A stretch of 32,011 bases of DNA, taken from contig JBIOZG010000004.1 of NCBI GenBank assembly GCA_044870765.1, positions 1 through 32,011 on the forward strand, read 5' to 3'. Positions 18,211 to 28,428 of the stretch are shown here, one piece after another. The first letter of the stretch is position 1. Each line of letters begins with the position of its first letter. The translations under genes and the position numbers were made by a program. The notes beneath the pieces are model-generated. The model was not told where the DNA came from. It searched no databases and worked only from the letters and a program-made list of their open reading frames with translations. The DNA is from Nitrososphaeraceae archaeon. GTDB lineage: Archaea > Thermoproteota > Nitrososphaeria > Nitrososphaerales > Nitrososphaeraceae.

Positions 18211-18317
18211 AGTCATGCCCCTAACATAACAGCATGTTCAAAATCCCCTTGGGCCCACTTTATTCAACTCAATGAATTGACCCCACTTATCGGCAAGGTT
18301 CAAATCCCACTGGTCCC
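18211..18317 (+). repeat. Two tandem tRNA-T-arm-like repeat copies (D and E)
   Basis: GTCATGCCCC…GCATGTTCAAAATCCCCTTGGGCCCA and ATTGACCCC…GCAAGGTTCAAATCCCACTGGTCCC. Confidence 0.6.
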
Positions 18318-18705
18318 TCTCAAAGATATAGGATTTTGATATTTGGATATTGAATCCTATTTTAGAGACAAATTTGTTCTTCATCCCTCCGGACCCGTTT
18401 CGATATGTTTTGGGAGAAAAAAGTTATCAGAAGAATTTGAACTAGACACTTGGAAGTTATTTATGAATGTTAAAATCACCTAAACTAAAATAATTAGCCA
18501 TGATACTAATTGTAAAGTCAGACGGCGATTGTATTTTCGATACCATCGGTAGTTATTCTTGTTATCCTTGCGAGAATCTCAGAATGTATTAATTTACTAA
18601 TCTGCAGCAACTGAGTCTTGCTATGGGCACTTACATCTGCGAGCTCTGCCAGGTCTGTTTTCTGTAAAACAACATCCCTAAATATGATTTGGATAATATA
18701 GTAAT

Positions 18706-19250
18706 ATGGAATTACCAACTGGGATTGCCATAAGAAGACCTCCAGGTATAATAGCAGGTTTGACTGCGGCGTGGGCAATTTTTGGATTATTCTTGGCTAT
18801 AGGTGATGAAATGGGAGGGGAACCAGGTGCGTTATTTCAAATGGTTGGAGTAGCGTTTGGAATAGATACATCTTACGCAGTCTGTATTGGATTTCTCTTG
18901 TATATGATAACTGCCGTTATTATTGGAATTATTTACAGTGCTATAACAAAGAGAATTAAATATTGTATATTAATTCTGTATTAAAGGCAGTAGGCACTGG
19001 TATCTTAGCAGGAATAATAGTTTTGGGAGTTCTGTTTTTGCCAATAAACTATTTAATTATGGAATCAACTCTACAAAAGTTGCTAGTAGAATCAGATCCT
19101 TCATCTTCACAATATGCAATGGCAAAAAACCTTATCGAGCTTTCAAGTAACATCTTTTGGGGTTCACTATCGCTACATATAGTGTTTGGTGGTGTAATGG
19201 GATTTTGTGCAAGACTTGCCATAGCTGAAGGCAGTATTATACATGACTAA
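18706..19250 (+). pseudogene. Multi-TM membrane protein split into two ORFs by a 1-nt deletion (or sequencing error)
   Basis: Adding one A at 18958-18960 joins …AITKRIK to ILYINSVLKAVGTG… in one 4-TM protein ending with HIVFGGVMG. Confidence 0.7.
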
Positions 19251-19299
19251 TTTGCTTTGATAAAGTGCCAATGGAAGTTAAACAATATTTAACAATATT

Positions 19300-19653
19300 T
19301 TAGAAGTCACTGGATCCACCTGCGCTGAACTTGCTGCCTTTTATACTTATAATATATTCTAGGTCGTTTATCCATTTCAAGAAATCCAAGTCGAGTGTAT
19401 GACTAACTATCATCTTAGTGCCGGTCAGATAGAAGCTAGGAGCCATTCCAGTCTTGTTAATGACCCTGTCACGGATAGCTTTAGTGTCCATGCCGGGTTT
19501 CAATATAGCCTCTATAGTGTAGATGTATTTTCTGTTTGCATTTCTGTCGAATATCAAAGAAACTACTAAAAGCGGATCTACCTTTGAATAAACTTGTTTT
19601 AACGTGTCATCCAGTATATTGAATTTGTTTACAACATCTTCTACTCTGCTCAT
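19300..19653 (-). CDS. Hypothetical protein
   Basis: 117-aa ORF of globular composition; TTTTTATA upstream on minus strand. Confidence 0.7.
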   Translation of the reverse strand: MSRVEDVVNKFNILDDTLKQVYSKVDPLLVVSLIFDRNANRKYIYTIEAILKPGMDTKAIRDRVINKTGMAPSFYLTGTKMIVSHTLDLDFLKWINDLEYIISIKGSKFSAGGSSDF

Positions 19654-20711
19654 CTAAAGACTTAGTTGAGGAACGATCTATAAAAATAAATCCATTACAA
19701 TAAAAACATAAAATGCATTCATATCTTAAAATGCTCACCTCTATTCGAAACGACAGTGCCTGACTTTTAAATGCGATGACAACAACTTTGGTGGAAATGA
19801 TATAAAATAACATTATGAACCACAAAATTGAATCAAATATGTTTCACAAACCTCCGGACATCATAAAATGGTATTGTCACCTTCTTGTCATGAGTGCAAA
19901 AGTCTAAGCAACATAAACCATATTGGGGCACTTACCTTAATATTCATTACACTTAGATAAATATAATGTTACACATAATAGGATAGGTCTAATCACTGAA
20001 AATAAACTCGACTAGTTTCCAATTGATCTATCTTACTATGAGCATCATATCTGGATGAAGATCACAATTACACCTCTTACTCCACATCCCAATGATCCGG
20101 AATATGGAAACTCGTCAAGCCAAGGGTCGCCCAGCGTTTAGCAACGTTCAATTTCGTATTTGTGCATTTTCATGGAGGCGAGTTAGAAATACGATGGAGT
20201 TAGAGGTTGTGATGAACAACAAACAACCATTTAACCCCTTATTGGTCTATGCTTAGAAGCTGTGAATATATTAACTGTTTCACGATAAAATGATTTACAA
20301 AATGAAAAATATAGATACATATTGACACAGTGAGAATATTGTAAATCAACAAGAAATCATATTACTCCTTTCTCCTAAATGGTAATAAACCTAATTATTT
20401 TTAAGCCTGATAATTTCCAAATAATCATATATCACTTGTATTTGTAAACTCACAATCTACCTAGGCATATTATTAGCACTAGAATGAAAGGGTTATCTTG
20501 TTTGTACTCTATCTGCTTAAAATGAGAATGAGATCAGACACAGAATATCACTCACCTAAGAATTCAATAAGAAAAAGTGTAAATTCAAAATCTATTGGTA
20601 AAACACTGACAGCGCAATCATAGATTAGTAATATTATAAGATATGTGGTGATATCTTGAGCATGACGAAGGTAGCAGCTGAAGAACATTTATGTCAGAAA
20701 TGACAGAAACC

Positions 20712-22001
20712 TCATGTTCTTAACAGTCGAAAAGACATAACAAAAACTGAAAATATTACTGCGGCGCTAACTAGAAAGGTTGCTCCTCCAATCAAATTAT
20801 ACAAGACTCCACCCGCAATTAATCCAATGATACTCGCTACACCTCCAACACTACCTGCAATACCCTGAACAGCTCCTTGAAGAGCTGTTCCTGCACGTTT
20901 TGAAAGAATAGACATGAAAGAAGGCCACATAAGGCCGTTACCAAGAGCAAATAAAACTACAGCTAAAGATATTGAGATAATATTATTTGAAAAAAATAAA
21001 ACGAAATTTGTTCCCAAGATTATGCTGCCAAGAATAACTAGTTTTTCTTCAGAAAATTTGTTTAATGCTTTACGTAATACTGGTCCTTGGACGAAAACCA
21101 TAACTCCACTTAATACGGCATAAAAGATTCCCAACTGTGTTATTGACCATTTAAGTTCACTTGCTGCATGAGTCGGAAATGAAGCATAGTATAAATTAAA
21201 TCCAAGAAATATCAAAAAATATAGTACCAGTAGAAACGAAATATGTTTTAGTTTGAAAACATCTCTAAATTTAGGTTTTATAGGACTCGTAGGTTCGTAG
21301 CAATCTTTACATTCTTGTGCAAAGACTTTTCTAATGGTTCCTTCTTCAGAAATCATTATTGGATTAGATTTAATCCTGGATTCTCTTAATAGGAACCATA
21401 TTACAAATAGTGTAACTAAAGACAGTATTAATGCTGCTAGAACTGGAAGTATTGCCCCATAAACTGTTCCGGCCAAAATTCCAGCCAGCGCAGGACCTAA
21501 AATAAAACCCAAGTTAGAGGATATTGCCATTTTTCCGAAGTTCTTACTTCTGTTTTCGTCCGATGAAATATCTGAAAGATAGGCGTTTGCAACAGAAATA
21601 TTGCCACCAGTAATTCCATCTATTGCTCTTGCAAGGAATATGAATAGTAATGGAACTACTACAACAATTGTTCCGAAAGAGATTAAGTTGATACTAAAGC
21701 TCTCTTCAAATGGCACAACTAATGCAACAAGAAATAATATCCAACCAATTGCTGTTCCTGCATTGCTCAACAAAAGTACTTTTTTTCTTCCGTAAATATC
21801 AGACCATCTACCCAGGATTGGAGCTCCAATAAGTTGGAAAGCTGGATACGTTGCTGCCAGGAGACTATAAACTACAGCATTACCTCCGAACTTCATGACC
21901 AAAAATACGAGGAAAGGCAAAACGATACTAAATCCTAATGTACCTATAAAATTAACTAACAATAATGGAAAAAGTGGAGTCCGTTTTTCTTTACTAATCA
22001 T
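20712..22001 (-). CDS. MFS transporter (TetA/DHA1-like)
   Basis: GRWSDIYGRKKVLL motif A, ARAIDGITGGN, GFILGPALAG, 12 TM; ATG at 22001 preferred. Confidence 0.92.
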   Translation of the reverse strand: MISKEKRTPLFPLLLVNFIGTLGFSIVLPFLVFLVMKFGGNAVVYSLLAATYPAFQLIGAPILGRWSDIYGRKKVLLLSNAGTAIGWILFLVALVVPFEESFSINLISFGTIVVVVPLLFIFLARAIDGITGGNISVANAYLSDISSDENRSKNFGKMAISSNLGFILGPALAGILAGTVYGAILPVLAALILSLVTLFVIWFLLRESRIKSNPIMISEEGTIRKVFAQECKDCYEPTSPIKPKFRDVFKLKHISFLLVLYFLIFLGFNLYYASFPTHAASELKWSITQLGIFYAVLSGVMVFVQGPVLRKALNKFSEEKLVILGSIILGTNFVLFFSNNIISISLAVVLFALGNGLMWPSFMSILSKRAGTALQGAVQGIAGSVGGVASIIGLIAGGVLYNLIGGATFLVSAAVIFSVFVMSFRLLRT

Positions 22002-22053
22002 GATTTGAGCATATAAATAAAACAAAAGTATTCAATAGCATCTTGCAACAGCC

Positions 22054-22293
22054 TTATCTAAATGAACAATTTCGTTTGCTGCTATAATGAGCACGTGAAG
22101 GAAGTGATCCTGTTGCATGAAAATGGACTTCGGTGAAACCCTTTTCTCTCAAATAATCTTGTATGGTTCCATCATATCTTGTCATTTTATTTTTAACTAT
22201 GTTTAATTCTGAAATATTAATCGCAATTTTCTTTTCATAATCTATTTCCCATAACTCTTGTTGATCACCTTCCAAGATTACAAATTCATTCAA
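22054..22293 (-). CDS. Small hypothetical protein
   Basis: From TTG 22293: LNEFVILEGDQQELWEIDYEKKIAINISEL…; natural-looking composition. Confidence 0.45.
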   Translation of the reverse strand: MNEFVILEGDQQELWEIDYEKKIAINISELNIVKNKMTRYDGTIQDYLREKGFTEVHFHATGSLPSRAHYSSKRNCSFR

Positions 22294-22524
22294 TATCCTA
22301 TATATGGAATCAATGAGTATTTTAATACAATATATCGAACTAGGTTTCGAAATGAGCATGTTTTTCATATATAGTTCTATTATAGGAATATCCTACTCCA
22401 ATATTTTCTAATTAGATCGACAAAAATGTATAGAGAAACGAATTGTGATATTGAATTTATAGATGTTTAGTCTTTTAAGTATTTATGAAAATTAATAAAT
22501 CAAAACTATCAACTCAAAACGTAT

Positions 22525-23352
22525 TTGTTAAATCTCTTACCATTCTTGACAAGATTAAGTGAGAATCTTCAAAGGGTTAATAATCGAGTTAATAAATACT
22601 TGAAGTCTCCTAATGCAAAGCAGATTCATGATGTTAGAACTGCTATTAGGCGGCTGGATGCTACTTTTCTGATATTGCCAAAGAAAAATAGGAGTGGATC
22701 ATCATTATCTGAATACGTACTAAAATGTAAGGAACTTTTTAAGGTTAATAGCGAAATTAGGGATTTAGATATTATCTATGAAAAGCTACAAAAATATCCT
22801 TCAAATGATCAAAGGAATAGCGTAATTGAATCCTTGAAGGCAACGAGAGATGCAAATTTAGAAAACGCAAAGACAATTGCACGTTCCATAAAAAGGATAG
22901 ATACAATCAAAATCGTAGACAAAATTGGCGTGACAGAAAAGGAGCTGCAAAAAAGATATGATAGAATGGTATCAAGATTAATATCGATGATCGAATCTAC
23001 ATTTCCAGTTGTTCTTACCAGTCCATCGAAACTAGAAGAATTACATGATCTCAGAATATCTTGTAAAAAGTTAAAATATTTGTTGGAATTGCAAGCAGAT
23101 GAAAAAAAGAGTGTATTGAAAACAAGAAAAACTCTTCAAAAACTTCAAGACATACTTGGCGTAATTCATGATTATGATTTTGCGATTGAATATCTTGGCT
23201 CTTTAGGACAATCATCACCTGAAATTCAGGAAATTATAGCTGTTGAAAAGGAAGAAAGACGTGCAAAATTTGATGAATTCCTTAGGTTCTGCAAAAGACG
23301 GTTAGGTATATCGCCAGATTCATTTTTGATAGCCTTAAGAAATTTGAACTAA
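22525..23352 (+). CDS. CHAD-domain (polyphosphate-binding) protein
   Basis: IHDVRTAIRRL, RDLDI, LHDLRISCKKLKY, LQDILGVIHD. Confidence 0.92.
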   Translation: MLNLLPFLTRLSENLQRVNNRVNKYLKSPNAKQIHDVRTAIRRLDATFLILPKKNRSGSSLSEYVLKCKELFKVNSEIRDLDIIYEKLQKYPSNDQRNSVIESLKATRDANLENAKTIARSIKRIDTIKIVDKIGVTEKELQKRYDRMVSRLISMIESTFPVVLTSPSKLEELHDLRISCKKLKYLLELQADEKKSVLKTRKTLQKLQDILGVIHDYDFAIEYLGSLGQSSPEIQEIIAVEKEERRAKFDEFLRFCKRRLGISPDSFLIALRNLN

Positions 23353-23462
23353 ATTGCATCTGAATTATAGTGCTATTGAGATTACCCCTTGTTAATGGGG
23401 AACTGGATGGTGCAGATATGATATGAATTAGCGAGGAACAATCTATCTCAGTTAAGATGTTA

Positions 23463-23521
23463 ATACTGGTGGGACGGACGAAATGGGATAGGCGGTCCGA
23501 TATTAAAAAACCCCCCAGTAT
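23463..23521. repeat. Inverted-repeat hairpin element, copy 1
   Basis: ATACTGGTGGG…CCCCCCAGTAT arms (one mismatch), inner CGGAC/GTCCG stem. Confidence 0.65.
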
Positions 23522-23853
23522 GAGAACGCTAATTGAGTATGCCACAGCTCACAGTAAAACGATTTGTATAAAGTAAATATAGAATATATTGACTATTTAG
23601 AAAATTTGTGACTCACTGAGGTATCCATTGATTAAAGAAGTTTATATACTCTCTATTTTGAGACTATTAAATTAATAAATCATTATCTTGGTTGACGTAA
23701 CATATCTTTCTACTTTTAACAATGGCCAGCTTACTGTTTATAAAAATCCATTTGATGAAAGTATTATCATGTTGGGTATGCGATATGTATAAATAAGTTA
23801 ATAGTTATATTATATCGGATGACCGATATAGCTTTTGATGAAGTGATTGTAAG

Positions 23854-24819
23854 TTGATACCAATATCGGAAGATTCGATTGTAAACGCAGTCGAAAAAGT
23901 CAGCAAGAGCGTAGTCAACATTGCCAGTGTTAGAATGATGCAGGACCAGCTTTTTAGGGTATTTCCAGTACAAGGGGTTGGATCGGGTATTGTTATTGAT
24001 AGTAGAGGACACATACTCACAAATAATCATGTAATAGATGGGACTGATAGATTAAGAGTAACATTTGGAGATTCAAAACAGGTTAATGCAAAAGTAATAG
24101 GAACAGATGAGGAAACTGATTTGGCCGTGGTTAAGGCTGAACTTCGTGATTTAAACAGTAATGGTAAAGATGAGGTTAAACTGCAACCTGCAAATTTTGG
24201 AAACTCTGAGGAGCTCAAGGTCGGGCAAATAGTCATGGCATTGGGTAATCCATTCGGCCTAACTGGTGGACCAACTGTAACTGCTGGAATTATCAGTTCA
24301 TTAAATAGAAACGTACAATTTGAAAATGGGATCTTGGAGTTAGTACAAACTGACACAGCAATAAATCCCGGAAATTCAGGTGGTCCATTAATTAACACAA
24401 AGGGCGAAGTAGTAGCAATAAATACAGCAAAAATTCCGTATGGACAAGGAATCGGATTTGCAGTTCCTATTAATACTGTAAAATCAGTATTAACCGACTT
24501 GGTAGAGAATGGGCATGTCACGCGACCATGGCTGGGAATAAGTACAGTAAAATTGAATTCTAGAATAGCTAGTTTTTACAGGTTGCCGCTAGTACATGGT
24601 CCGCTAATAGTCAATGTCGAGCCATATAGTCCGGCAGAAAATGCAGGATTAAGAAGAGGAGACATAATCGAAGAAATAAATGGAAAGAAGATTGAGAATC
24701 CTTCACAAATATCATCATATATCAGAAAGAAAAAGATGGTTAGTGATTCAGTAACAGTCGTTATTAACAGATATGGCAGAGTTTATGAAGTGCCTTTACA
24801 ATTAGAGGCTCGTCCATAA
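23854..24819 (+). CDS. htrA: HtrA/DegP-like trypsin serine protease with PDZ domain, no signal peptide
   Basis: TNNHV, TDLAV and GNSGGP catalytic triad motifs; RPWLGI…SPAENAGLRRGDII PDZ. Confidence 0.92.
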   Translation: MIPISEDSIVNAVEKVSKSVVNIASVRMMQDQLFRVFPVQGVGSGIVIDSRGHILTNNHVIDGTDRLRVTFGDSKQVNAKVIGTDEETDLAVVKAELRDLNSNGKDEVKLQPANFGNSEELKVGQIVMALGNPFGLTGGPTVTAGIISSLNRNVQFENGILELVQTDTAINPGNSGGPLINTKGEVVAINTAKIPYGQGIGFAVPINTVKSVLTDLVENGHVTRPWLGISTVKLNSRIASFYRLPLVHGPLIVNVEPYSPAENAGLRRGDIIEEINGKKIENPSQISSYIRKKKMVSDSVTVVINRYGRVYEVPLQLEARP

Positions 24820-25060
24820 CAAATGCTTTTTAAAATTAATTCCATAGGTGTGTTGACTCTTTGATACTAGAGAAAATCAACAAAATATTAACTTGGCCTG
24901 GAGTTACCATTGATCAGCCTCCTTTTGGAAGCACTGAATTTCGTTTGGGAATGTAGCAAACTTTTTTTGTATTAGAACTCTGAATAGATCATGTCAATAT
25001 TATACTATAGTACCAACAGTCAGCATTAAAAATATGGATAACATTTAAAGTTTAAAGATG

Positions 25061-25193
25061 TTCTTTCAAATTTGAAGTAACGAAATTGAAAGAATGTAAA
25101 AAATAATATTGTGGCTAATCGTGCTTGTATGCCCTTGGCCTCATCTTTACTAACTTCGAACCACAGTTTATCTTCCTCAAATCTTAGAGCCTT
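25061..25193. repeat. 133-bp direct repeat of 31372-31503 (3' half of a small gene plus trailer)
   Basis: 5 substitutions and 1 indel between copies by manual alignment. Confidence 0.95.
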
Positions 25194-25281
25194 TACGTTT
25201 GTAAGTAGAATCGTCTTTTTCAATTACAATCCATCTATCAGAATCTTTAATTTCATTTTGTAGTAATTGTTCAACATTCAT
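25177..25281 (-). pseudogene. Truncated small gene (MNVEQLLQNEIKDSDRWIVIEKDDSTYKR) abutting the duplicated fragment
   Basis: ATG 25281 frame runs into the repeat at 25193 and stops at 25177-25179. Confidence 0.4.
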
Positions 25282-25529
25282 GGAAGTAATTGTGGTCAGA
25301 AGGATTTAAGATACCAAGTGCGAATCAGGGAGGAGTGAATTAATTTTAATAATTTTATTTATTTAGGATACTCAACATAGAATCCTCAAGTTTATGCATT
25401 CTCACAGGTTCTGTTGTCCAGGAGATTAATATGGTCAAAATAGTATAAAAATTTAACGGAACGATCATAAAAGTGAAAAGAATGAATTTATCGACAAATT
25501 TTATACATTTATCGGTTTTTTGGGTTATT

Positions 25530-25925
25530 TTATTTATTCACCAAGTTTAAGATAGAATGTTCAATTTCGTCTAGTTTTACTGGCTTTAGTAATACGTCAA
25601 CTTTCTTATCGCGAAATATGGGGTTCTTTTCTATTTCCTGAGGTTGACGGTAATCAGCAGTAATGAATAGTATGGGCGCTGATGGATATACATCTAATAT
25701 TTCGGTGGCAACCTCTGTTCCGGTTTTCTTGCCTGGTAATTTCGAGTTTATTAGATAGAGATCTGGCAAATATCTTTCAAGGTCTGACTTGATGTTGTTT
25801 CCTTTTGTATATCGCGCAATAACCTGATATCCCTTCTTCGATAGGTAGTCACTATAAAGGGTTAGAATATCCTCATCATCTTCAACTATCATGATTTTAA
25901 GGCTTTTTTTTGACCTCCTACCCAT
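25530..25925 (-). CDS. Stand-alone response-regulator receiver, phospho-acceptor Asp replaced by Asn
   Basis: IMIVEDDED, PDLYLINSKLPG, FITA, LLKPV. Confidence 0.88.
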   Translation of the reverse strand: MGRRSKKSLKIMIVEDDEDILTLYSDYLSKKGYQVIARYTKGNNIKSDLERYLPDLYLINSKLPGKKTGTEVATEILDVYPSAPILFITADYRQPQEIEKNPIFRDKKVDVLLKPVKLDEIEHSILNLVNK

Positions 25926-26152
25926 AGATTTCACTCTTGTGAATGTTAATACATCTACAACAAGTTATATACGGATTCAAATTATTGCGCACCGCTCTAA
26001 TTCCGCCGGTTTAAAAATATTTTTATAACTTGTTGACTGTTTAGTAAATTAAAAAAATTTGAACTGAGTTCAATTCCGATAGATTAAGATCAACTAATTG
26101 AATATTGTACGGACACAAAAAAATAGGGGACTATGTTTAGCGCTTAACAGAC

Positions 26153-26452
26153 TTAAATTTCTGTCATTCCTTTCCTTCTGTACTTTTCTTGTGCTTCTGT
26201 GCTTCTTGTACCTGCTTGTCCCTCTTCGACTATTTCCGAATTTTCTTGATCCCTGTTAATTGCAGTAGGCTCGTGTTCTCTTATATTTTCAGGGGACATT
26301 GGATCGTTGGTTCTGTCATTTTCGTTAACCATTTCTGCTGCTTCTTCTCGCAAATTTTCCGCTGGTCCTGTAGTATGTGGGTCATCTTCTGCTGCTCCAA
26401 TATCTCTTTGATCTTTCTGTGCCCTGTCAAGATTCCTTTCGTCATCGGTCAT
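26153..26452 (-). CDS. Acidic hydrophilic, probably disordered small protein (hydrophilin-like)
   Basis: 99 aa rich in D/E/N/R with almost no aromatics; internal ENLRE/ENIRE repeat. Confidence 0.75.
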   Translation of the reverse strand: MTDDERNLDRAQKDQRDIGAAEDDPHTTGPAENLREEAAEMVNENDRTNDPMSPENIREHEPTAINRDQENSEIVEEGQAGTRSTEAQEKYRRKGMTEI

Positions 26453-26579
26453 TGTGTTAATATTTATGCAACAAAAGTTAAGAATATTTCATAGTCTATA
26501 ATTTAGTAATTAAAAAATAATGTACATGTATCCCGTAATTCTAATGTGCATTGAAATATAACGTACTATCGTAAACGTT

Positions 26580-26633
26580 TACTGGTGGGATCTCTTGCTG
26601 TTGGCTTCATGGCGGAGCGCTCACCCACCAGTA
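26580..26633. repeat. Inverted-repeat hairpin element, copy 2
   Basis: Perfect TACTGGTGGG/CCCACCAGTA arms around a G·U-rich inner stem. Confidence 0.7.
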
Positions 26634-26859
26634 TTCTTTACCTACTAGAAACATATTTTTACAATTTAAAGATGAGTGAACAGCTTATCTATAACAATGG
26701 AGAAAAATATAATATCTTCAAAGCAGGCAGATGCAAACAAGTATTCACTTGATAATTCCTAAAGCATATGCAAGCATAATCAGTATGCACTACGGCTGGA
26801 AGTCAAGCCATCACCTAACGGATGAGCCGAATCTTTGAAAACAAAATATTCGAGTTGTT

Positions 26860-27189
26860 TTATGGTTGAGTGGGCAATTTTGGACTGTAGCCAGTGCATC
26901 CTGAAGACGGTAACAAGAACTTCAACTGTTCTTCTGGGATTCCAAAAGACTTAGACAGTCCCCCTAGCATAAGACAGACTAAAATTTTTCTTCCGTGGTC
27001 GGTCGACGCGGTGCCATTATGACTGATCAGCGAATCGCAAGGTTCTGTGACTAGATTATCGACAAGTGGATTTGCACATATCTTTGACCAGTTAATCGAC
27101 GAAGTTCTTTCAGCTGCAATAGCAACATTCAGAATACTAATGATGACAGCAATAAGGAATAAAGGGATAAATAACCAAATCTTTTTCAA
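26860..27189 (-). CDS. Secreted Cys-containing small protein
   Basis: Signal peptide ending AIA; four Cys in the mature part. Confidence 0.7.
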   Translation of the reverse strand: MKKIWLFIPLFLIAVIISILNVAIAAERTSSINWSKICANPLVDNLVTEPCDSLISHNGTASTDHGRKILVCLMLGGLSKSFGIPEEQLKFLLPSSGCTGYSPKLPTQP

Positions 27190-27239
27190 TAGTGACTACA
27201 GTTTAGCCTCCGTGAATTTCCTCTCTAAAGCACCTTTCT

Positions 27240-28274
27240 CTATTTTGGTTTGTTTCTTTTTGAGATACTGCTTTGCGGTGTTCTATCAGTATCCTCATCA
27301 GAAATTTCCTTATCGATTTTTTTGACTGCCTCCTCTACTTTTTTTTCAGGGATTTCAGGTTCAGGACCAGATTCAACTTGAATTTCCTTTTCAGCGATCT
27401 GTTTCGTTGGGACAATTACTGTTTTCCCATTTTCATCTTCAAGGATAATGTGAAATGCTCCAGCCTGTTTTATCGTCCCAACGCGGCCTTCGAAATTGAT
27501 CCTCTGTCCGGGCTTTAGAGTTGATTGTACATTTGTCATACCGTATATCAATGATGGTAACAGATCTTTGAGCGCATATGCCAATCCCACTCCTAGACCT
27601 ATTGCTATTGCCCCTGCCATGCCCCACACTAGCGCGGCGATGACCATATTGAGTATACCTGCACCTATCTGTAACTGGGTTATCGCTGTTACAAAGACTA
27701 TGGCATACAAAATTCCCTTAGCACCTAGACCGATCGCCCTACCTCCAGGCACCCCTCTGGCAGGAAGTTCTTTTTGTGCCCAGTTCCCCACAAAGTCTGC
27801 GATTATCGAACCTATGACTATTATAATTATGAATGCTATCAAATTCGGTATCCATAGCCATATACTCTGAAGCGCTTGAGACAATGATGTAAATTGAAGG
27901 GCGTCTACTGCGGCGGTGATGAAGAAAATATAGATAAACCATTTTGCGGCCGTAGAAATAATTCGGCTCATGCTCCAGCCAGATCTGGATACAGCCTGAC
28001 CCACTCCGGTCTTACTAATAGTGCTTTCAAGATTCATTTTTTCTAATATCTTTGATATGATCCAGCCGACTGCTCTTCCTATAATATATCCAATTAGAAG
28101 AATTATGCCGGCGGCGATTATTCGTGGTATGAGCGCAACTGCCTGTGCGAAAAATTCATTCAGTGAATTTATCGCTGGCGCAACAACGGCAGAACTATTT
28201 CCTTGTATCGTAGCAAATACTATGCTTAAATTTAGGACATCAAGTATTTCCAATGTTACCGTATTGCACATCAA
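27240..28274 (-). CDS. Mechanosensitive channel MscS/CmpX-like protein with TM-helix repeats
   Basis: IPRIIAAGIILLIG and IPNLIAFIIIIVIG repeats, GLAYALKD, LKPGQRI…G.I…VIVP beta domain; start uncertain. Confidence 0.85.
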   Translation of the reverse strand: MMCNTVTLEILDVLNLSIVFATIQGNSSAVVAPAINSLNEFFAQAVALIPRIIAAGIILLIGYIIGRAVGWIISKILEKMNLESTISKTGVGQAVSRSGWSMSRIISTAAKWFIYIFFITAAVDALQFTSLSQALQSIWLWIPNLIAFIIIIVIGSIIADFVGNWAQKELPARGVPGGRAIGLGAKGILYAIVFVTAITQLQIGAGILNMVIAALVWGMAGAIAIGLGVGLAYALKDLLPSLIYGMTNVQSTLKPGQRINFEGRVGTIKQAGAFHIILEDENGKTVIVPTKQIAEKEIQVESGPEPEIPEKKVEEAVKKIDKEISDEDTDRTPQSSISKRNKPK

Positions 28275-28428
28275 TGTTAATATGGGTTATAAATTCGCTT
28301 TACCAAGTCTCGCTGTTAACTTCTTCTAGATGGAAATTTGATGTCTTGCCAATGATAGCCCTATGCACGTCTGTTACTTAAAGAACGCACAAGCTTTGTA
28401 GTAAGTTTAGAAAAAAAAGGGAGATGGT

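Noticed and set aside
23282-23545. 87-aa minus-strand ORF
   Set aside because: Overlaps the CHAD 3' end and the hairpin element; no coding signal
25026-25223. 65-aa ORF as a real gene
   Set aside because: It is a mosaic of the duplicated gene fragment, a frameshift and the non-coding trailer
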